The notes: a model not told the origin generated them from the letters alone. Counted from the stretch's first letter, positions 12,753 to 26,975 are shown. The stretch is DNA of 64,000 nucleotides from Tubulanus polymorphus (GCF_964204645.1 NC_134035.1:10138451-10202450); one strand, 5' to 3'. A program made the numbers and translations.

Positions 12753-14188
12753 ACAATTAATGAGAAAATCAAAGAATCTAGAATAGTCTGTGAAAGTGCG
12801 GACCAGATCGAGAGGTTTTGAGCCCAGCACGACTCATTCTGGCCAATGGCAGGCATCTCAAAACTCGGTAAGGCCAAATCTGACATACAAGCCGTATCAT
12901 TTATAAGTTGCACGATAAGTTGATAAACAGGGGGAATTTATCAACTTCGATTTTAAGCCAGAGGTATAAAGATGTATGAACCTCACTGAGGTAAATGCCT
13001 CGATGATGAGGAGGCATGCATCTCAATGAGGTATGTACCATCTGTGCACTATAAAACACATTACAACTGATAATACATGTTTTTATAATTGCTTCGTTGA
13101 AAGACCCGATAAACGTTTCAATTGTTTCTTTTGTCGTTTCTCCAACAATCGCTTGCAGACAATATTAATGGCGACGACAATGAGGAGATATATATGATTT
13201 AGTTTATCAAATACGACACAAGCGTTAGTCAACGGGTATCAATTAGTTTTGTCTTTTCTTTTCAAATTGAAGGTATTCGTACAAATAAATATATATCCAT
13301 TACAAAGAAATGATAGTAACATTTAAAAGAAAGGATAGTAACATTTAGACCATGTTGTTGATAATTTAATTCTCGTGGTATGCGCGGCTTAACTACGGAA
13401 CCAATTCATTGACTTGCATCAAGCGGTTCTGGATTTGTCATTTGTCCGATTCAAGTCCTCACCTCAAAACAGTACTTTTCCGCGCTTACTTCGACATTCC
13501 AGAAGAGCGCTTTTGAACTTTGTCTCGGGATTGGGGGATTGGAACTACAGCGTTTTTTTTTATAAATGCAATAATCATTGATTTTAATAATTCAGAAATT
13601 AATATATTTATATATATATATCATACCATAAATCGAATGAAAACTCATAAAAATAAATGTCGTCATTTTTTTGCGTAAAAACGGAAAGAAAAGAAGTTTC
13701 AATAGCGTTCCAACTTCGAGGAAAAGTATTGAAATAGTAATAATAACGCTCTACGTAAAAATACACATAAAAACTATTAATACCCACAAAAGCTGCTCGA
13801 TATAATTGCGTATAGGTAATAAAGAAGGCTTTCCAATTATCACATCTGTACGGTATTATCGAACAGTAAAACAGTAATTGAATAATTGAACATTTCCATA
13901 AATTATATCTCCGTCAATACAGCCGACAGTGGATACTCCGGAAATGCTTGAATAATACATATTTTTCAATGCGTTTCACATGTAGTACGCGCGCGCGCTC
14001 TCGTTCTGCGCGCTCTCTGTGTAGCGTGTATTGTCTACGACCAGTGAATTCGATTAAAAAAAAAAAAACAACAGAGAAAAACCTCTCACGGACATTAATG
14101 GATTAGATGAATTTTCATTGTTTACGCGCCTGGTTTTCAATGGCTCTGTAATCAAATAGACAGGGAAAATGACCGGGTAAATGTGTAT

Positions 14189-14715
14189 ACCGCGTACGAG
14201 CTGCTCACACATACAGATTCCACACGTACGAGCTGCTCGCATATACAGATTCCACACGTACGAGCTGCTCGCATATACAGATTCCACACGTACGAGCTGC
14301 TCGCATATACAGATTCCACACGTACGAGCTGCTCTCACATACAGATTCCACACGTACGAGCTGCTCGTACAAGTAGCTCTCACATACAGATTCCACACGT
14401 ACGAGCAGCTCTCACATACAAATTCTACACGTACAAGCAGTTCACACATACAGATTCCACACATACGAGCAGCTCTCACATACAGATTCTACACGTACAA
14501 GCAGCTCTCACATACAGATTCCACACGTACAAGCAGTTCACACATACAGATTCCACGTGTACGAACTGCTCTCACATACAAATTCTACACGTACGAACTG
14601 CTCTCACATACAGGTTCCACACGTACGAGCAGCTCTCACATACAGATTCTACACGTACGAGCAGCTCGCACATACAGATTCTACATGTACGAGCAGTTCG
14701 CACATACAGATTCAA
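14189..14715. repeat. 32-bp minisatellite, ~16 copies (cacacgtacgagctgctcgcatatacagattc)
   Basis: Units start at 14221, 14253 and onward with a 32-bp period. The array explains the spurious ORFs here. Confidence 0.97.
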
Positions 14716-16424
14716 CGACGTTTATAACTGTGTGATGCACCGTTTCTATAAAATAAACACCATTAATTCGGTTATGACGGCGAAGCGTCTATGATTGAAT
14801 CAATCGAGGTCTCAGCGGTCTCCGGCGTCCCCCAGTACCGTACTACGATGGCGTCGTTAAATATCTATTGTCGTCGCAGGTAATCGGTCCGGACGAATGT
14901 TTTCGCGTTTTTGCCCTTCTGAAAGTCGAAAGTCGCGCTCGCACTACGGTAGTCAGGACATTCCGAATTTGGTCGGTTCCAATTAAAACGTACCAAGCGC
15001 TCACCACTAGCGCGAAGTCCATTCTGAATTGATCGGTTCCAGCTTGGAGTCACGATTACTCCTAGGTTCCAGATACGTACCAAATTAGAACTGACTGCAT
15101 AGCAAAAGTAAAAGCAAAAGTGTGAAAATGTCCATGATGGTAATCCTTAACCAATGCCAAAACCAAGTCCATCCAAAACCATGGCATCGTACTATCATTT
15201 TGAAGCAGGCCCGTATTTAAGAAAGGTTTAGAAGTCAGGCCAGATGCCGGCCTTAAGAAGATTTGAGCATCGATCTCCTAATTCACTCATAACACTTTTT
15301 CATGCTAGTACATGTACCTGATTTGAGCCAAATTGTAGGAAGCAAAATTTTCACTCCAAAATAAACTAGAAGTTGCTTCGAATTTTCTGCGCGAGAACTC
15401 CAAGGATATTTCCGTTGGCACCTTACAAAAAGGTCCACTTTCATGAAAATCGCACCCCCCACCCCAAAGGCATAGCTGCCCATGAAAATGTCTTGTTCCA
15501 TAATGATTTATCAAGATTCGCGTCGAAACTTGAAAAATATTCAAGCTGGAATAGTCCGAAAAATATACCAGTTATCTCTGACAATCACCGAGAAAGACCT
15601 CATCGACAAAATATCCGCTAAAAAACTCTCTCTCTCTCTCGTCGCCCCATAATTGATCATAACCTCAGGCGATCGCTCGGCGACGACACGCGTTGAGAAC
15701 CAGTAGTCAGGCCACGACGAAAAACACAAGAATGATTAGATTGAAAAAATTACATGGTTTATTCATAGGTGTCGTTTTACTGCGCGACGCAATCGAAAAC
15801 ATATTTGCAAAATGAAAGTTTCATATCTTCACGCAGCTGACGCGATCTCATCACCCGACTGAATGACGACTGGTGTAGAGTTTTGATGCGCGCCATTTTT
15901 TCAAAATCTCCGTCTAAATACGCACGAACTACGACGACTTCCGTTACAACGACTAGAAGTTTTTACGACGACGACGAGGACGGGAAATATATGCGCGTCA
16001 CGAATTTCATCCAACGGCGGTAGATAATGAGGCTCGCGGAAAAATACAGAAGAATGCGGTTATAAGACAGTGGTCTTCGTTTTTTTTTAATCATTACTCT
16101 CTCGTTCGTTCGCCATCAATATTGGAACGAAAAATCGTTTCATTTCTTCCCGCGTGACGAGGTAGGACGACACGAGAGACACGTGACCTGAAGAACTAGA
16201 CCTGACTGACTGTTTTTCAGGACATGACTCCCACACAACGGCGGTTCGATCTTCGCGCGCAAAGGTTTCGTCGTCTTGAAATGCGAGACTGGACTCGAAC
16301 CAAGACTACGTCAGTGTCTCGCCTTTGTAGTAGTTTTCAGATCAAATGATATTCGATTTGAAATCGAAAATCAACAAGAAATATTTCAGATTTTCGTGAG
16401 TTTTTCGATATTTTTTTGATATAC

Positions 16425-16600
16425 CAATACGAAAACGGATCTCAAACAAAGTCAAGTGAGTCCTGAAAGTGACTATTAGGGTTTAGTCAAAACGTTGAAT
16501 AAACTACCAGCTCCAGTTACATTTTCGGACTTTGTTTTTTCGTTATTATTGTGGGATTCTCTCTACATAGCTTCAACACGGATATAGTGTTTTATCAATC
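16425..16600. mobile_element. Hammerhead-bearing foldback element, family G (partial)
   Basis: Plus-strand relic at ~16458-16501 (CTGAAAG T GACTA..TAGTC AAAAC GTT GAATA), arm acattttcggact, tail caacacggatatagtgttttatcaat. Confidence 0.7.
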
Positions 16601-17699
16601 GTGATCAAGTGAGTCACTTCTGGAATCAGAAGCCATTCGCACGATACAATTTGACCTGTGCGAAAATTTGGCTCTGGCCTGGTCCAACATTTCAGGTCGG
16701 CCTATTTGGCGCCCGTCTGAACGGTTGGTCCGGGCCAAAAACGCCGGTGCGATCGCGGTTATTGACTACCACAGCATTCAAAGGACAAATCAAGATATTT
16801 TTCTGTCGTAAGCTATCACCTGTTTCTGTGATGCGTCAACTGTTAATACCGGCGCTATACAAAACATCATAATCCTATCCCATCGTATTAAGCTTTGAAA
16901 AGGAGAAAGAGCAGCAACTACTGCGAAATAGGAAGCGTTTCGCGCGCAAAATAAAGCAGGGCACGGCCTCGCACGAGATGACGATTATTAGACGAGATTT
17001 GTTGCGTAAACGCGCCGCTCGGCCACCGCCGTACTAACTGGAAATAGTAACAACAATCATTCGCATTTTTCATTTTTACGAGAATTATTTCAGTTTCCAT
17101 GGTAACGTAAATTAACCACTAATACGTGCGTACGTACGAATGAGATTAGCGTGTTGTATTATTACGAGCGTTTTTACGTACGTACGTAGTAGGATTTGGC
17201 AGCGATCGTTTATCCAGATATTGAAATACTACGACGACCGTTTCTACGATGCGTGCGTTGATGCTATCACAAATCGGTCGGGCTTCGCGGAACAAATAAT
17301 GTCTATAGATGAGTTATAAGTCGCCGCAATCGCACGGAAAGGATTCAGCCCGGGTCTAATTAGAACTGATCGAGTCAAATTTGGTCCGTTCCTAATTAGA
17401 GAGCGCATTCACACGTAAACCACTCATTCGATACTAGACAATGCTTACACAAAGCGAAGTGATTCATTTCCGGAATCAGTTGCAATAATTTGACCCTGCG
17501 TTAAAATTTTTTTAAATCTGCTATATCACTAGTCCCAAGAGATGCAACACTATGTGACTTACAGGCAATCAAGAGCCACACTCAGACATGAATGGTCGCA
17601 ACTGAATCCTATTTTTGGTCAGACCTATGACAGGTTCTAAAACTACTTGTTTTAGTCTTAAGTTCTTGGACTAGCCTTAGTCATGTTCTTCGATTAGCC

Positions 17700-17900
17700 A
17701 TAAAATTAAGATGGTGATAGACTGGTCCTAAGTTACAGTCTTGACTACACTCATGACTATGAAAATGGCCCAAAGGTATGAATTAGAAATTAGTCCATTC
17801 ATAAATGGACTCAAAGTTGGACTTTCAGTCTCAGGCTCTTTGATTAACCATAGAACTAAGATGGTGATAGACTGTCTTAAGTTACAGTCTTGACTGTGAA
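17700..17900. repeat. Direct duplication of a ~40-bp core of a dispersed repeat
   Basis: taagatggtgatagactg(g)tc(c/t)taagttacagtcttgact at ~17708 and ~17856. Related sequence near 62000-62060. Confidence 0.6.
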
Positions 17901-20424
17901 AGTGGCCATAAAGGTATGAATTTAAAAATTCGTCCATTCTTTAACGGAACGGACCAGTTGAACAGACCGCTCGGTCCGTAGACAATTCTAAATGTGGCTT
18001 AAAATTTGTCGTGCCATTAGCACGAATAAATCCGTCGTCATCGTCGCCAGGGTTTTTACCGGACCGTTCGTGCGCACCATCGACACGATGAAATCACGTA
18101 CGAAGGCGAGGAACGCCGAGCGAGCGCAAACTGGCTACGATTATTAACGTTTCTCACTCGCGACGACGACGACGACGCGGTCGTAGTCGTCGTATAGTCT
18201 ATAAATACGTACGATCGGGCGGTAGAAAATTTGATTTAATGCGCATTATTGCCGCACACCGTATTCAGGTGCACCGAGGCACAAAGATTAACTGCGTATT
18301 ACGCGGTGCGCATTACGATTCGACCATATACTATAATATGACGTCAATGTTATATACGCGGCGCGGCGCGGCGCGGGAAGCTGCTGGAATTGTCATATCG
18401 TTAAAAACGTTCCACTTCCGCCTGTCTACATTCGTACCACGAATAAAAGTGAACGTCTACAATAATCATCGTAAATGGTGGCGCCACTTACCGCCCATTT
18501 ATAAATCCCCCGTGTTTTCCCCAGATGATTAGACAAAAATTCCCCGCCGAGAAATTTCTTCATTCATTTTTCATCGAATCACTGTACGTGACCAATAGCA
18601 CTATCACAATTCCCTGAGTTTTCCAGGTTTTTGGTAAAAGAGTTTTCACTGATTTTTTTCTAGATTCTTTTCTGATTCCATGAGTTTTCCAGGTTAGATA
18701 GAGGCTATCCTCTCATACAGAAGAAACACAGTCTTGATTTTCCATCCGTCCTCGGGTATTTCACCCTAATTCTGAATCCTGGATTACAAGAATTGAGTTC
18801 ATCGTCAATGACAATGAAGTTCAGTTAGTATCCTCCATCCTCATTTATCCGCCAACACGGCCAACAGTGGCGTATAATCGAGCGATAACTGTATATGGAT
18901 TTCTTCTTTAGCCCCGACCGCGGGGAGGGGGGCGGCTTTTTTCAGAAAGATGGACGAGTTCTCTTCCACACCTATCCTTCGTTGTAGCAGGATATTCAAT
19001 TCAAAAACGTGATTCCGTCATCGTTGACCTCGATCGACGACCCACTAGCCTAGATGCAAAACCAACCTTGACTGACCTGTCCATCGTCAGTACGCACGCA
19101 CAGAAAGAGCATGATTTTCAGCGGCACAAAGCCGCAGTAAACTACAAATCGATCGTCGACAATAGAGCAACGCATCTTCACACTGCGAGCGGGTGCTTCA
19201 ATCATTCATTCATTCATTCGTAGATATCAAAAATGTGGATTTACTTTGTATACGGCTTTGACGCTGACATCCAACATTTCAACTATTTCCTGAAAACGCA
19301 TCATTTCCAAAATCAGTTCGTAAGAGGATTGATTTTTAGCAGAGTTGAATAAAAGTAGCTATTTTCGAGTTCAAGGCCGAGGTTGTGCAGGTAACCTAAA
19401 TGTCCTTATACCATAAAATCAAAGTCTTCATCGTTGTAAATAGTTGAGACGATTCCCAGTCTTAATGAATCTCATTAAGATTAAGTTAATGTTATAGAAT
19501 CAGCACTCATTTAAAATGGTAAAAATAAGTCGTGGTTTTCCTCCTCAGTTGAAACTTTCGTTCGATTTTGTCCTGTCAATATGTCCCTTCAGGAGAGGTG
19601 CCTGGCGTGACTGGTGCAACGTCCTGCTTTTGTCATAACTGTAACCGTCATATTCAAATAACCGAATATGGCTGAAACCCTTCCATCCCATTGACAAATT
19701 CATTTTCAAAAACTCTGAAGATGGGTGGAAGGATTCCGCCATAAACGTAGGAGAAAAAAAAACAATAACAATTTTTCAAATTGATATTTTGGGTTTCTCA
19801 TAGTGATATCGGTGTTTTCATGTCGATAGATGGCGGAACCAAATTACTTAGTCTTTTCTCGAATACAAGTCTTGACTGTGTCACTAGCTGCCAATTTCCG
19901 GCGCCATGATTCATGAGAAAATGGTACCGAGCGCGCGGGTACATATATACACTCCGTGTATATATATATATATATAACTGATGGGGAAGTGTAGTAGGTA
20001 CGTACTACGTTGATCTGATAAACGGTTGACTCAGAGAGCACCACGGTTCCCCGTACGCGATTAAATCTGTCATTTGATCAATGCACCTCGACTTGATTAA
20101 ATCATATATTACGACAAGCCGACGTCGTCGTTGTAGTCGTCTGCCGCTGCCGCCCTCCTCGTACTACTACTACAACATACGACTGCGTGATGCAGAACAA
20201 CGTACTCACAGTATATATGAAAATATATAAATATATATATTCTGCTATATCTGCGTGAAGCTAGTATTACTGGAGTAAAAAAGTGGACCCTGGGTGAAGC
20301 GAAACACGAATGGACGATATTTATGATCGGAGAGAAGAAGAACAGACATACGGCAGCGGCAGCAATCGGAAAATCCCATTACTATTGAGAACGGTGAATA
20401 CATCCATTAACGAATCAGCTATTT

Positions 20425-20698
<274 letters not shown>

Positions 20699-22850
20699 TG
20701 CACACATATGGACAAATACTATAATAGTCGCTTCGGTATCATCGTATAATGACACGGTGCTTTGAGATAAAACCCAATCAGCTAAATTGATCTGTAGAGT
20801 GGGGAAGACGAACGACGACGTATGAGAACGCTGAATGAAAAAAAGGTATTGAGGAGGTATCGGGTTCAGAAAGGTCGCTATGCTACGATGTCGATGTCAT
20901 TACTCGATGGATTTGAAGACAAGCAGCTGCTCCTCCTGGGCGTAAAGATCGGATGTTCTGGATAAGTCAGGAGCTCAGTAAAACCGTTCAAACTGAAAGT
21001 GACGACTCCTTTAAAGCCCACCATCGAAGACAGAAATTCCTTCGAAACCAGCTCGGATTTTTCCGTGTTATAAGACGAAATTCCCAGAGTGAATCAGAGA
21101 AATTTCTAGGTTTAAAATTTAGCAATTGATTCATTCTCTATGAATCAGGTAATGAAGTTATTTCTCTCTTGTCAAATTCCGTGATTTTTTTCAAGATTTT
21201 TCTGATTCCCTGAGTTTTCCAGGCTTTCCAGATACGTGGCCGCTCTGATCTTACCGACCCAGCTAATTGGGCTAACCACCCTTGCCACTGCTCGGAGAAG
21301 GTATAGGATTTGAACGAAAATATCTAAGGATTTACGTAACGACTACGACAGTGCCTTTGAAGCGCGGCGCTAGCTTCGATGGCGTTCTCTTCCGAAGAAA
21401 AATAACAAGTACTAGCACGCACACATATACACATTTGACCATTAATCTTCAGTGTCACTGTAGTAGCGTTCGTACCGAGCTGCAGAGTTGTTTGTTACCT
21501 GTACTGATGTCAATTACGAACAACATCAGTGAAATCAGGCAGTAATAAATCAAGCAAACACACGATGCAGGCAATTTGTTCATTCATTTTTTCATCCATT
21601 CATCGAATCATCGGAATATGATGATTTTTAAAAAAAGATTTCACTCATATATGAATATTTCAACGATGATAATGAATTTCGTCGCCCGTTCACGTCGAGT
21701 AAACATTGCGGGTGTTTTTTTTGTTCGTTTTAATTTTCAAATTTCAATATAACGAAGACCTCATTACTCTCTCGTAACGGATGAACTAATTTCCATGTCA
21801 CTACTCTTTTCTAGTAACAATGACGGATTGTTGGAATATATCGTAACCATCGGCGCTAATACGGTCCGCGTTCAATGTAGGTTATTTAGCACATTTTTAA
21901 ATCAAGTCCATTCCAATTCAGAACTGACCAAGTGTTCACACTACCAAATTCGAAATTGCTCCGTTCCGTTTTAGAATAGACGACTGAACGACGCGAAGGA
22001 TTGATCCAGGTCCGTTCTAAATTTAGGAACCGACGATTCCGTACGCCGGAATAGAAACTATGTTCTCATTTCCTGTCAATCAGCGTTGCGTCTAGCCGGA
22101 CCAGCGTTAACAGCAAACTTAAAAACTCGTATATGAAGGCGCGGCATTGATTCGGTCTGTTTTAAATCGGTCCGTACCAGGTACGGGCAATGTCAGAATG
22201 GTCTTTCTAGCGAACACTGGTATTAATAAAAATTCGATGTTTAGCGATAATATCCTCTAATACAAACTTTGTCGTATAAGTTGTTAATAACCGAGTCTGA
22301 TACACTGTTTGTAAGTTATCCAATTAGCACATGCAACACCGTCATCATAACTAGACACGAAAAATCAGAGCATGCAAGCTACAGTCTGTTCAACACCATC
22401 AACAACGATGGACGAAAATACAGGTTCACAATACGCGGTACTAATAACAAACAGTAACACACACACACGCACATAAAAACCTGACATCACGGTTTCGCGC
22501 GCCCCGAACCCGGACGAAACGAGTTGCGCATTGTTTTGCGCTAGTGGAACAAGACGCCGTCAGTTTTTCTGTTTGTAATTGCCTCGCATGTCGTCGGCGC
22601 GCGTGATTCCGTAATATGTTTTCGATAATCAAACGTCGCGCCGCCGCGTTTCGAAAACGACGAACCCCCGCAGATTACGATGACGTGATTAAAAGCATGA
22701 TCCGGTTTTTTTTTCTTGTAATATTCGTATAAAAAATGTCAGGTGTCAAAAATGTTTGCTTTCGTGGGGGGGGGGGGGGGGGGGAATAAAACGTGATCCC
22801 CGGTCTAATGGCGTTATCTTACAGGTATCTGAACGCGCATAGTGCTTTTA

Positions 22851-23073
22851 AAGGGCCGGATCTAGGGTCTGATTCAGGAAGGGGTGCACCCCCAAAATCA
22901 GGCATATCATAATCATCAAAAGGGCAACCTATCATCGGCATTATTACCTCGTTTTTTGAAATACTGAGAAAAAACTTATGAATTTAAACTTTTCCAGTTT
23001 CAGTTTAATATTTTAGGGCAACTTGACTCTTTTACTGTGCACCCCCTACACCCTCCCCTTGTATCTGCCCATG
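22851..23073. mobile_element. MITE family B (CAGGGGCGGATC-type TIR), 5-bp TSD
   Basis: aagggccggatctaggg ... ccttgtatctgcccatg with flanks tttta / tttta. Related copy ~37475-37583. Confidence 0.65.
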
Positions 23074-23265
23074 TTTTACGGCCTTATCATATCATATCTT
23101 TTTTGTCTATTTTTGCCCAAATGCAGACTCAAAACGGTGACTATTTTTTGACTACATTAGAGGAGAAAATAAGCTAGAATTCAATATTTGTTTCTAAAAA
23201 CTAGTCATGGTTTCGACCGACAAAGTGGCACCTGTAATGATCATGAAAAGTGACAGTGAAATTAC

Positions 23266-23338
23266 GCGCACTAACCGGGGATCAAACCCGGGTCTCGTAC
23301 ATAGAAGGCAAGCGTGCTAACCAGTAGACCGGTAGACC
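23266..23338 (-). pseudogene. tRNA-Gly-like pseudogene or SINE head
   Basis: Minus strand ggtctactGGTTAGCAcgcttGCCTTCtatgtacgaGACCCGGGTTtGATcCCCGGttagtgc resembles tRNA-Gly(TCC) and has A/B boxes. The acceptor stem is broken. Confidence 0.65.
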
Positions 23339-23395
23339 TAGTCCACTTGGTCAGTGGTTATGCAGCATGTCCTATATGCGTAAACACCCCTTCAA

Positions 23396-23636
23396 ATAAA
23401 TGACGAAATCCCACACTTTGAATTTAAAATTATACGATCAAATTTATTATTATGAAACCACAACGTTTCGGCTGTTGAATAACAGCCATCATTCCACCTG
23501 ATGATGGCTGTTAGTCAACAGCCGAACGAAACGTTTCAGAATAATAAATTTGATCGTTTAATTTTAAATTCGAGGTGTGGGATTTCTGCATTTATCAACA
23601 GTATATACACAAATTATAGTGTTTATTCGACAACTA
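23396..23636. mobile_element. Hammerhead-bearing foldback element (second family) flanked by a 12-bp direct repeat
   Basis: ~100-bp near-perfect inverted arms (23396-23595). CTGATGA-T-GGCTGTT(agtc)AACAGCC-gaac-GAAACGTT at 23498-23535. Flanking accccttcaaat at 23386-23397 and 23637-23648. Confidence 0.75.
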
Positions 23637-24673
23637 ACCCCTTCAAATCTAAGGCCATGTTATTTCCAATATGCCATTCTATTACTACAATCAAGACCTT
23701 AGTCGCAATACTTTGTAATAACGGCTATGTTACTATAGATTCATAGATATGTATCGGCAGCTTTTTAAAAAGCTTTGTTCCGCGGTTTGATGAATATTTC
23801 CATCTGTTATCGGAGTTAACTGCAGTTTTATACGTACGCAACGACGCACACGGGCGACCTATCAATAATTGGAATTATTGAATAACAAACGCAGGTTCAT
23901 AAAAAAAGATTAAAAGCTGGCATGAGTATAGCACATCTGTTCGGTATTTCGAAACGTACACTGACTACAAAGGTAAGTGTGTGCCCGGGGCTTCGAATAA
24001 TGTCGCTCAAATGTCTCTCAAAAACTGGTCTCAATACTAAGCAATCTGTCACTTTAAACACGGCGTTAAGACGATGCCGATTTCGTTCGGATTTCATTAG
24101 GAATTTCTAATAATTAGACGATGCGAAAGTTCAGGCTTTTTACGAGACTTACGGAAATCCGTCTGCAATTTTTGAGTGTCTTTGAATCCATTTCTTTGTT
24201 TGGAATAAGAGTGTCTACTGTGTAGGCTCTAGAATCGCTATAAGATGCCTTATTTTAAGCATCGGTGGCCGCTTGAGTCCTTTCAGAGGTGCCATTTTTG
24301 TCCGAATCCTGAATTCAGTTCATACAACGTTTTAAAGGGCCTAGACACTTCATTTTCTTAGGCTACAACTCAGGGACTCAAGATTCTTCAACAGCGATGA
24401 TGAGGAAATCAGAAGTGAGCAAGGCTCCAATGACATAAGGCTACTTCAAAAATATGGCAGTAGTATGTATCGATGGCTTATTCTGAAGAATGTCCCAAAC
24501 GAATAAGGCCGATTGCGTTTCTAAGACTGTAACTCAACTGAAGAAAAAATCCACGATTACGAATGAAACTAAAAACGAAGATAGTAGCGATGTTTCAATT
24601 CTGTGACTCATTCACAACAACTTGTAGACATCGCGTCAACATTTCGTCGTTCTCTCAGTTTTTCATCATATTT

Positions 24674-24888
24674 CAACGCTACCAACCTCCGGAAAGCGCT
24701 ATCAACAACAAATCGAATCCTTTTTAGTAGCATTTCATTGAAATATGAACGAAAATGTTCAAATAAATCAGTAATCGACGGTAAGACCCTCAGTAACATC
24801 TTCTCTAGACGGCTATCAAATCAAATCAGTATTTCTTGTTACAGAATATAGTAATAAATACTGAAATCAGGAACAGCAAGCAGCTATG
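24674..24888. mobile_element. hAT-like MITE family C copy (lacks the nested insertion seen at 45 kb)
   Basis: Colinear with 7100-7325 and with 45242-45728 once the insertion is removed. Confidence 0.65.
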
Positions 24889-25477
24889 TTGATGAATACG
24901 AATAAAAACCCACAATAGATTTGTAGAAAAGTTTATTTCCTAACGGTTTCCAGGTTAAAATTAAACCTCATCAACAGAGGAACAAAAAATGAATATCATA
25001 TATCAGTTCACTACAGTCAGCTATGTTGATAATTGTAGTAGTTTTCACAGTGTTGTAATTGTGGGTTGTTTCTATACCCCCAGCCCGGTGTTCGATACAC
25101 CGATAATCTTTTTCTGCCGGCAAAAAACGATTATATCGTCGTGAGCGCTAGGTGTTGTCATGTGACTCATTGAACGAACGGGCAGTCACAGTACCCGGGG
25201 TAGCGGCGGTATCATACCACTCGCTCGCGCGCGCTCGCCGTATCGTAAAGCAAAGAGTAGTAATACGTATATTAAATCATATATCACCGCTCGGCGCGGA
25301 GAGAGAGAGAGAACGAATGAAGAATGAATGTTTGCGATATATCATTTATCGCCTGTCGTCGTATATTGTCATTCGCTAATGCAATCTCGCTCGGCAGTTC
25401 AAGACGAACTCAAACATAGTGAGAGGCCACTAGTCATATTAGTATAGGATATTAAAGCCCTAATACATACATACAAT

Positions 25478-25742
25478 GATGAGGAAAACGCTGGTGGAAA
25501 TGTTAACCCGACACTCACCAGATGGCGCCGCAAAGCGTTCGGTCATTAGTATTGAAAATCAGTTCATTTTCGATCAAATTTGAACTTAACTTTTCCAAAT
25601 CTGAATATCAACAAACGAGTCATCGAATGGATGATAGGTTCAATTTGTCCATCTTAAGGAGAATGCTGGTGAAAACATTAAACCCCGGTCAACCGGCACT
25701 CACCAGATGGCGTCACACTGGGTCATTCATAGTGAAAATCAT
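25478..25742 (+). repeat. Degenerate ~185-bp direct duplication; each unit has a CTCF-like motif
   Basis: gctggtg..aac..cactcaccagatggcg..ggtcatt..tgaaaatca occurs twice. Confidence 0.6.
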
Positions 25743-26114
25743 CAAACAAGTCGTCGAATAAATATATGAAGCGCTTTCTAAAACGGTGTATGGTGTAGCT
25801 TTTCAATGAAAATTCTTATGAGAAAAGATGACTCGAATTTAATTGAAATGTAGAAGGAATTGAAGCGCGGTAACCCAGTGCCACTCTAAGAGAACCCGGT
25901 GGAATCCTCGCTTGCCACAGTAGCACCGCAGCATTGCCAGTACCCCATTCTGCTACGAATTATCAAAACCATCCCGGTGAAAATCAACGTTACTGATGTA
26001 ACCCGTAGCTATCGCGATTACACACGCTTAATCGCCAGTCATTGTCAACACCCGAGACCTACCCTTCGCCCCATTCATAAATATACTGGGCTACTACGTT
26101 TACAAAATAAAACA

Positions 26115-26276
26115 CAGTGGCTGATACAAAGAAGGGGTTAGAGGGTTCGAACCCTCATTTTCTGACCATGTGCCCTTTTGAAAATCCGCAGGCCCTCACC
26201 GGGGCTCACACCACTGGTAAAAAGTGCCCTTTTCATATAAGGTGACCCCCATTCTGCCAGCCTAGATCCACCTCTG
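26115..26276. mobile_element. MITE family B copy, 5-bp TSD aaaca
   Basis: cagtggctgatac ... tagatccacctctg with flanks aaaca / aaaca. Confidence 0.6.
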
Positions 26277-26743
26277 AAACAGACAATTAAAATATTGCCT
26301 AAAGAGAAGTGTTCCTAACTCAGTTTTGAGAGTAATTGAATCGGTGCTGCATCTAATTCTAAGAGGTTAAGCATCATTGCATAGGATGAAGCAGAGGCAC
26401 GGTGACCATAAAATTGAGCGTTAAATGAGAAAATAGAATTCAGTGAAATCAAATTTGTAGATCGTTAAGGACCTGGCAATAGGAATAAGGGATGATGATG
26501 CACCTATTTCTCTCTTACTAGTAAGACAAAACTGGAAACATTTAGAGAGATACGGAAACCCGCCTACTGCAGAGAGGGATGGCTACGAATTGGATACCTC
26601 TGTCGGAACCTTTGGATACATATGAAAACCGAAACAATCCAACTGACAATACAGTAAATATCTTATTACACAGCGCTGCCTACTTATGAATATGCTGTAA
26701 GTAACAAGTTTGATTTTTTTTGCGGAGCATCTCAACAGAATAG

Positions 26744-26975
26744 CAGGGGCGGATCCAAGGCGAGGCTGCACACCCCCATTCCCTTACATTTCACGGAAAA
26801 ATGAAAAATATAAAACCATTACCTAAAAAAGTTTGATTCATAAGCTAGTCCTCTGTATATCCACAAATCAGTTAATGGTTAATGGTGAGCTTTTTTTCAG
26901 GGGTGCCCTTTTAATTATATGTGCCCTATTTTAGAGATGCACCCCTCCCTGTATTAGACCCTAGATCCCTCCCTG
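26744..26975. mobile_element. MITE family B copy
   Basis: caggggcggatccaagg ... cctagatccctccctg with flanks aatag / aacag. Confidence 0.7.

Noticed and set aside
14054-14794. Long ORFs (141-203 aa) here and at 32765-33879 and 20310-20765
   Set aside because: They are translations of minisatellites and microsatellites, open in several frames on both strands.
23266-23338. Functional tRNA gene
   Set aside because: Acceptor and anticodon stems are disrupted and the T-loop is mutated (TTTGA), so it is treated as a pseudogene or SINE head.
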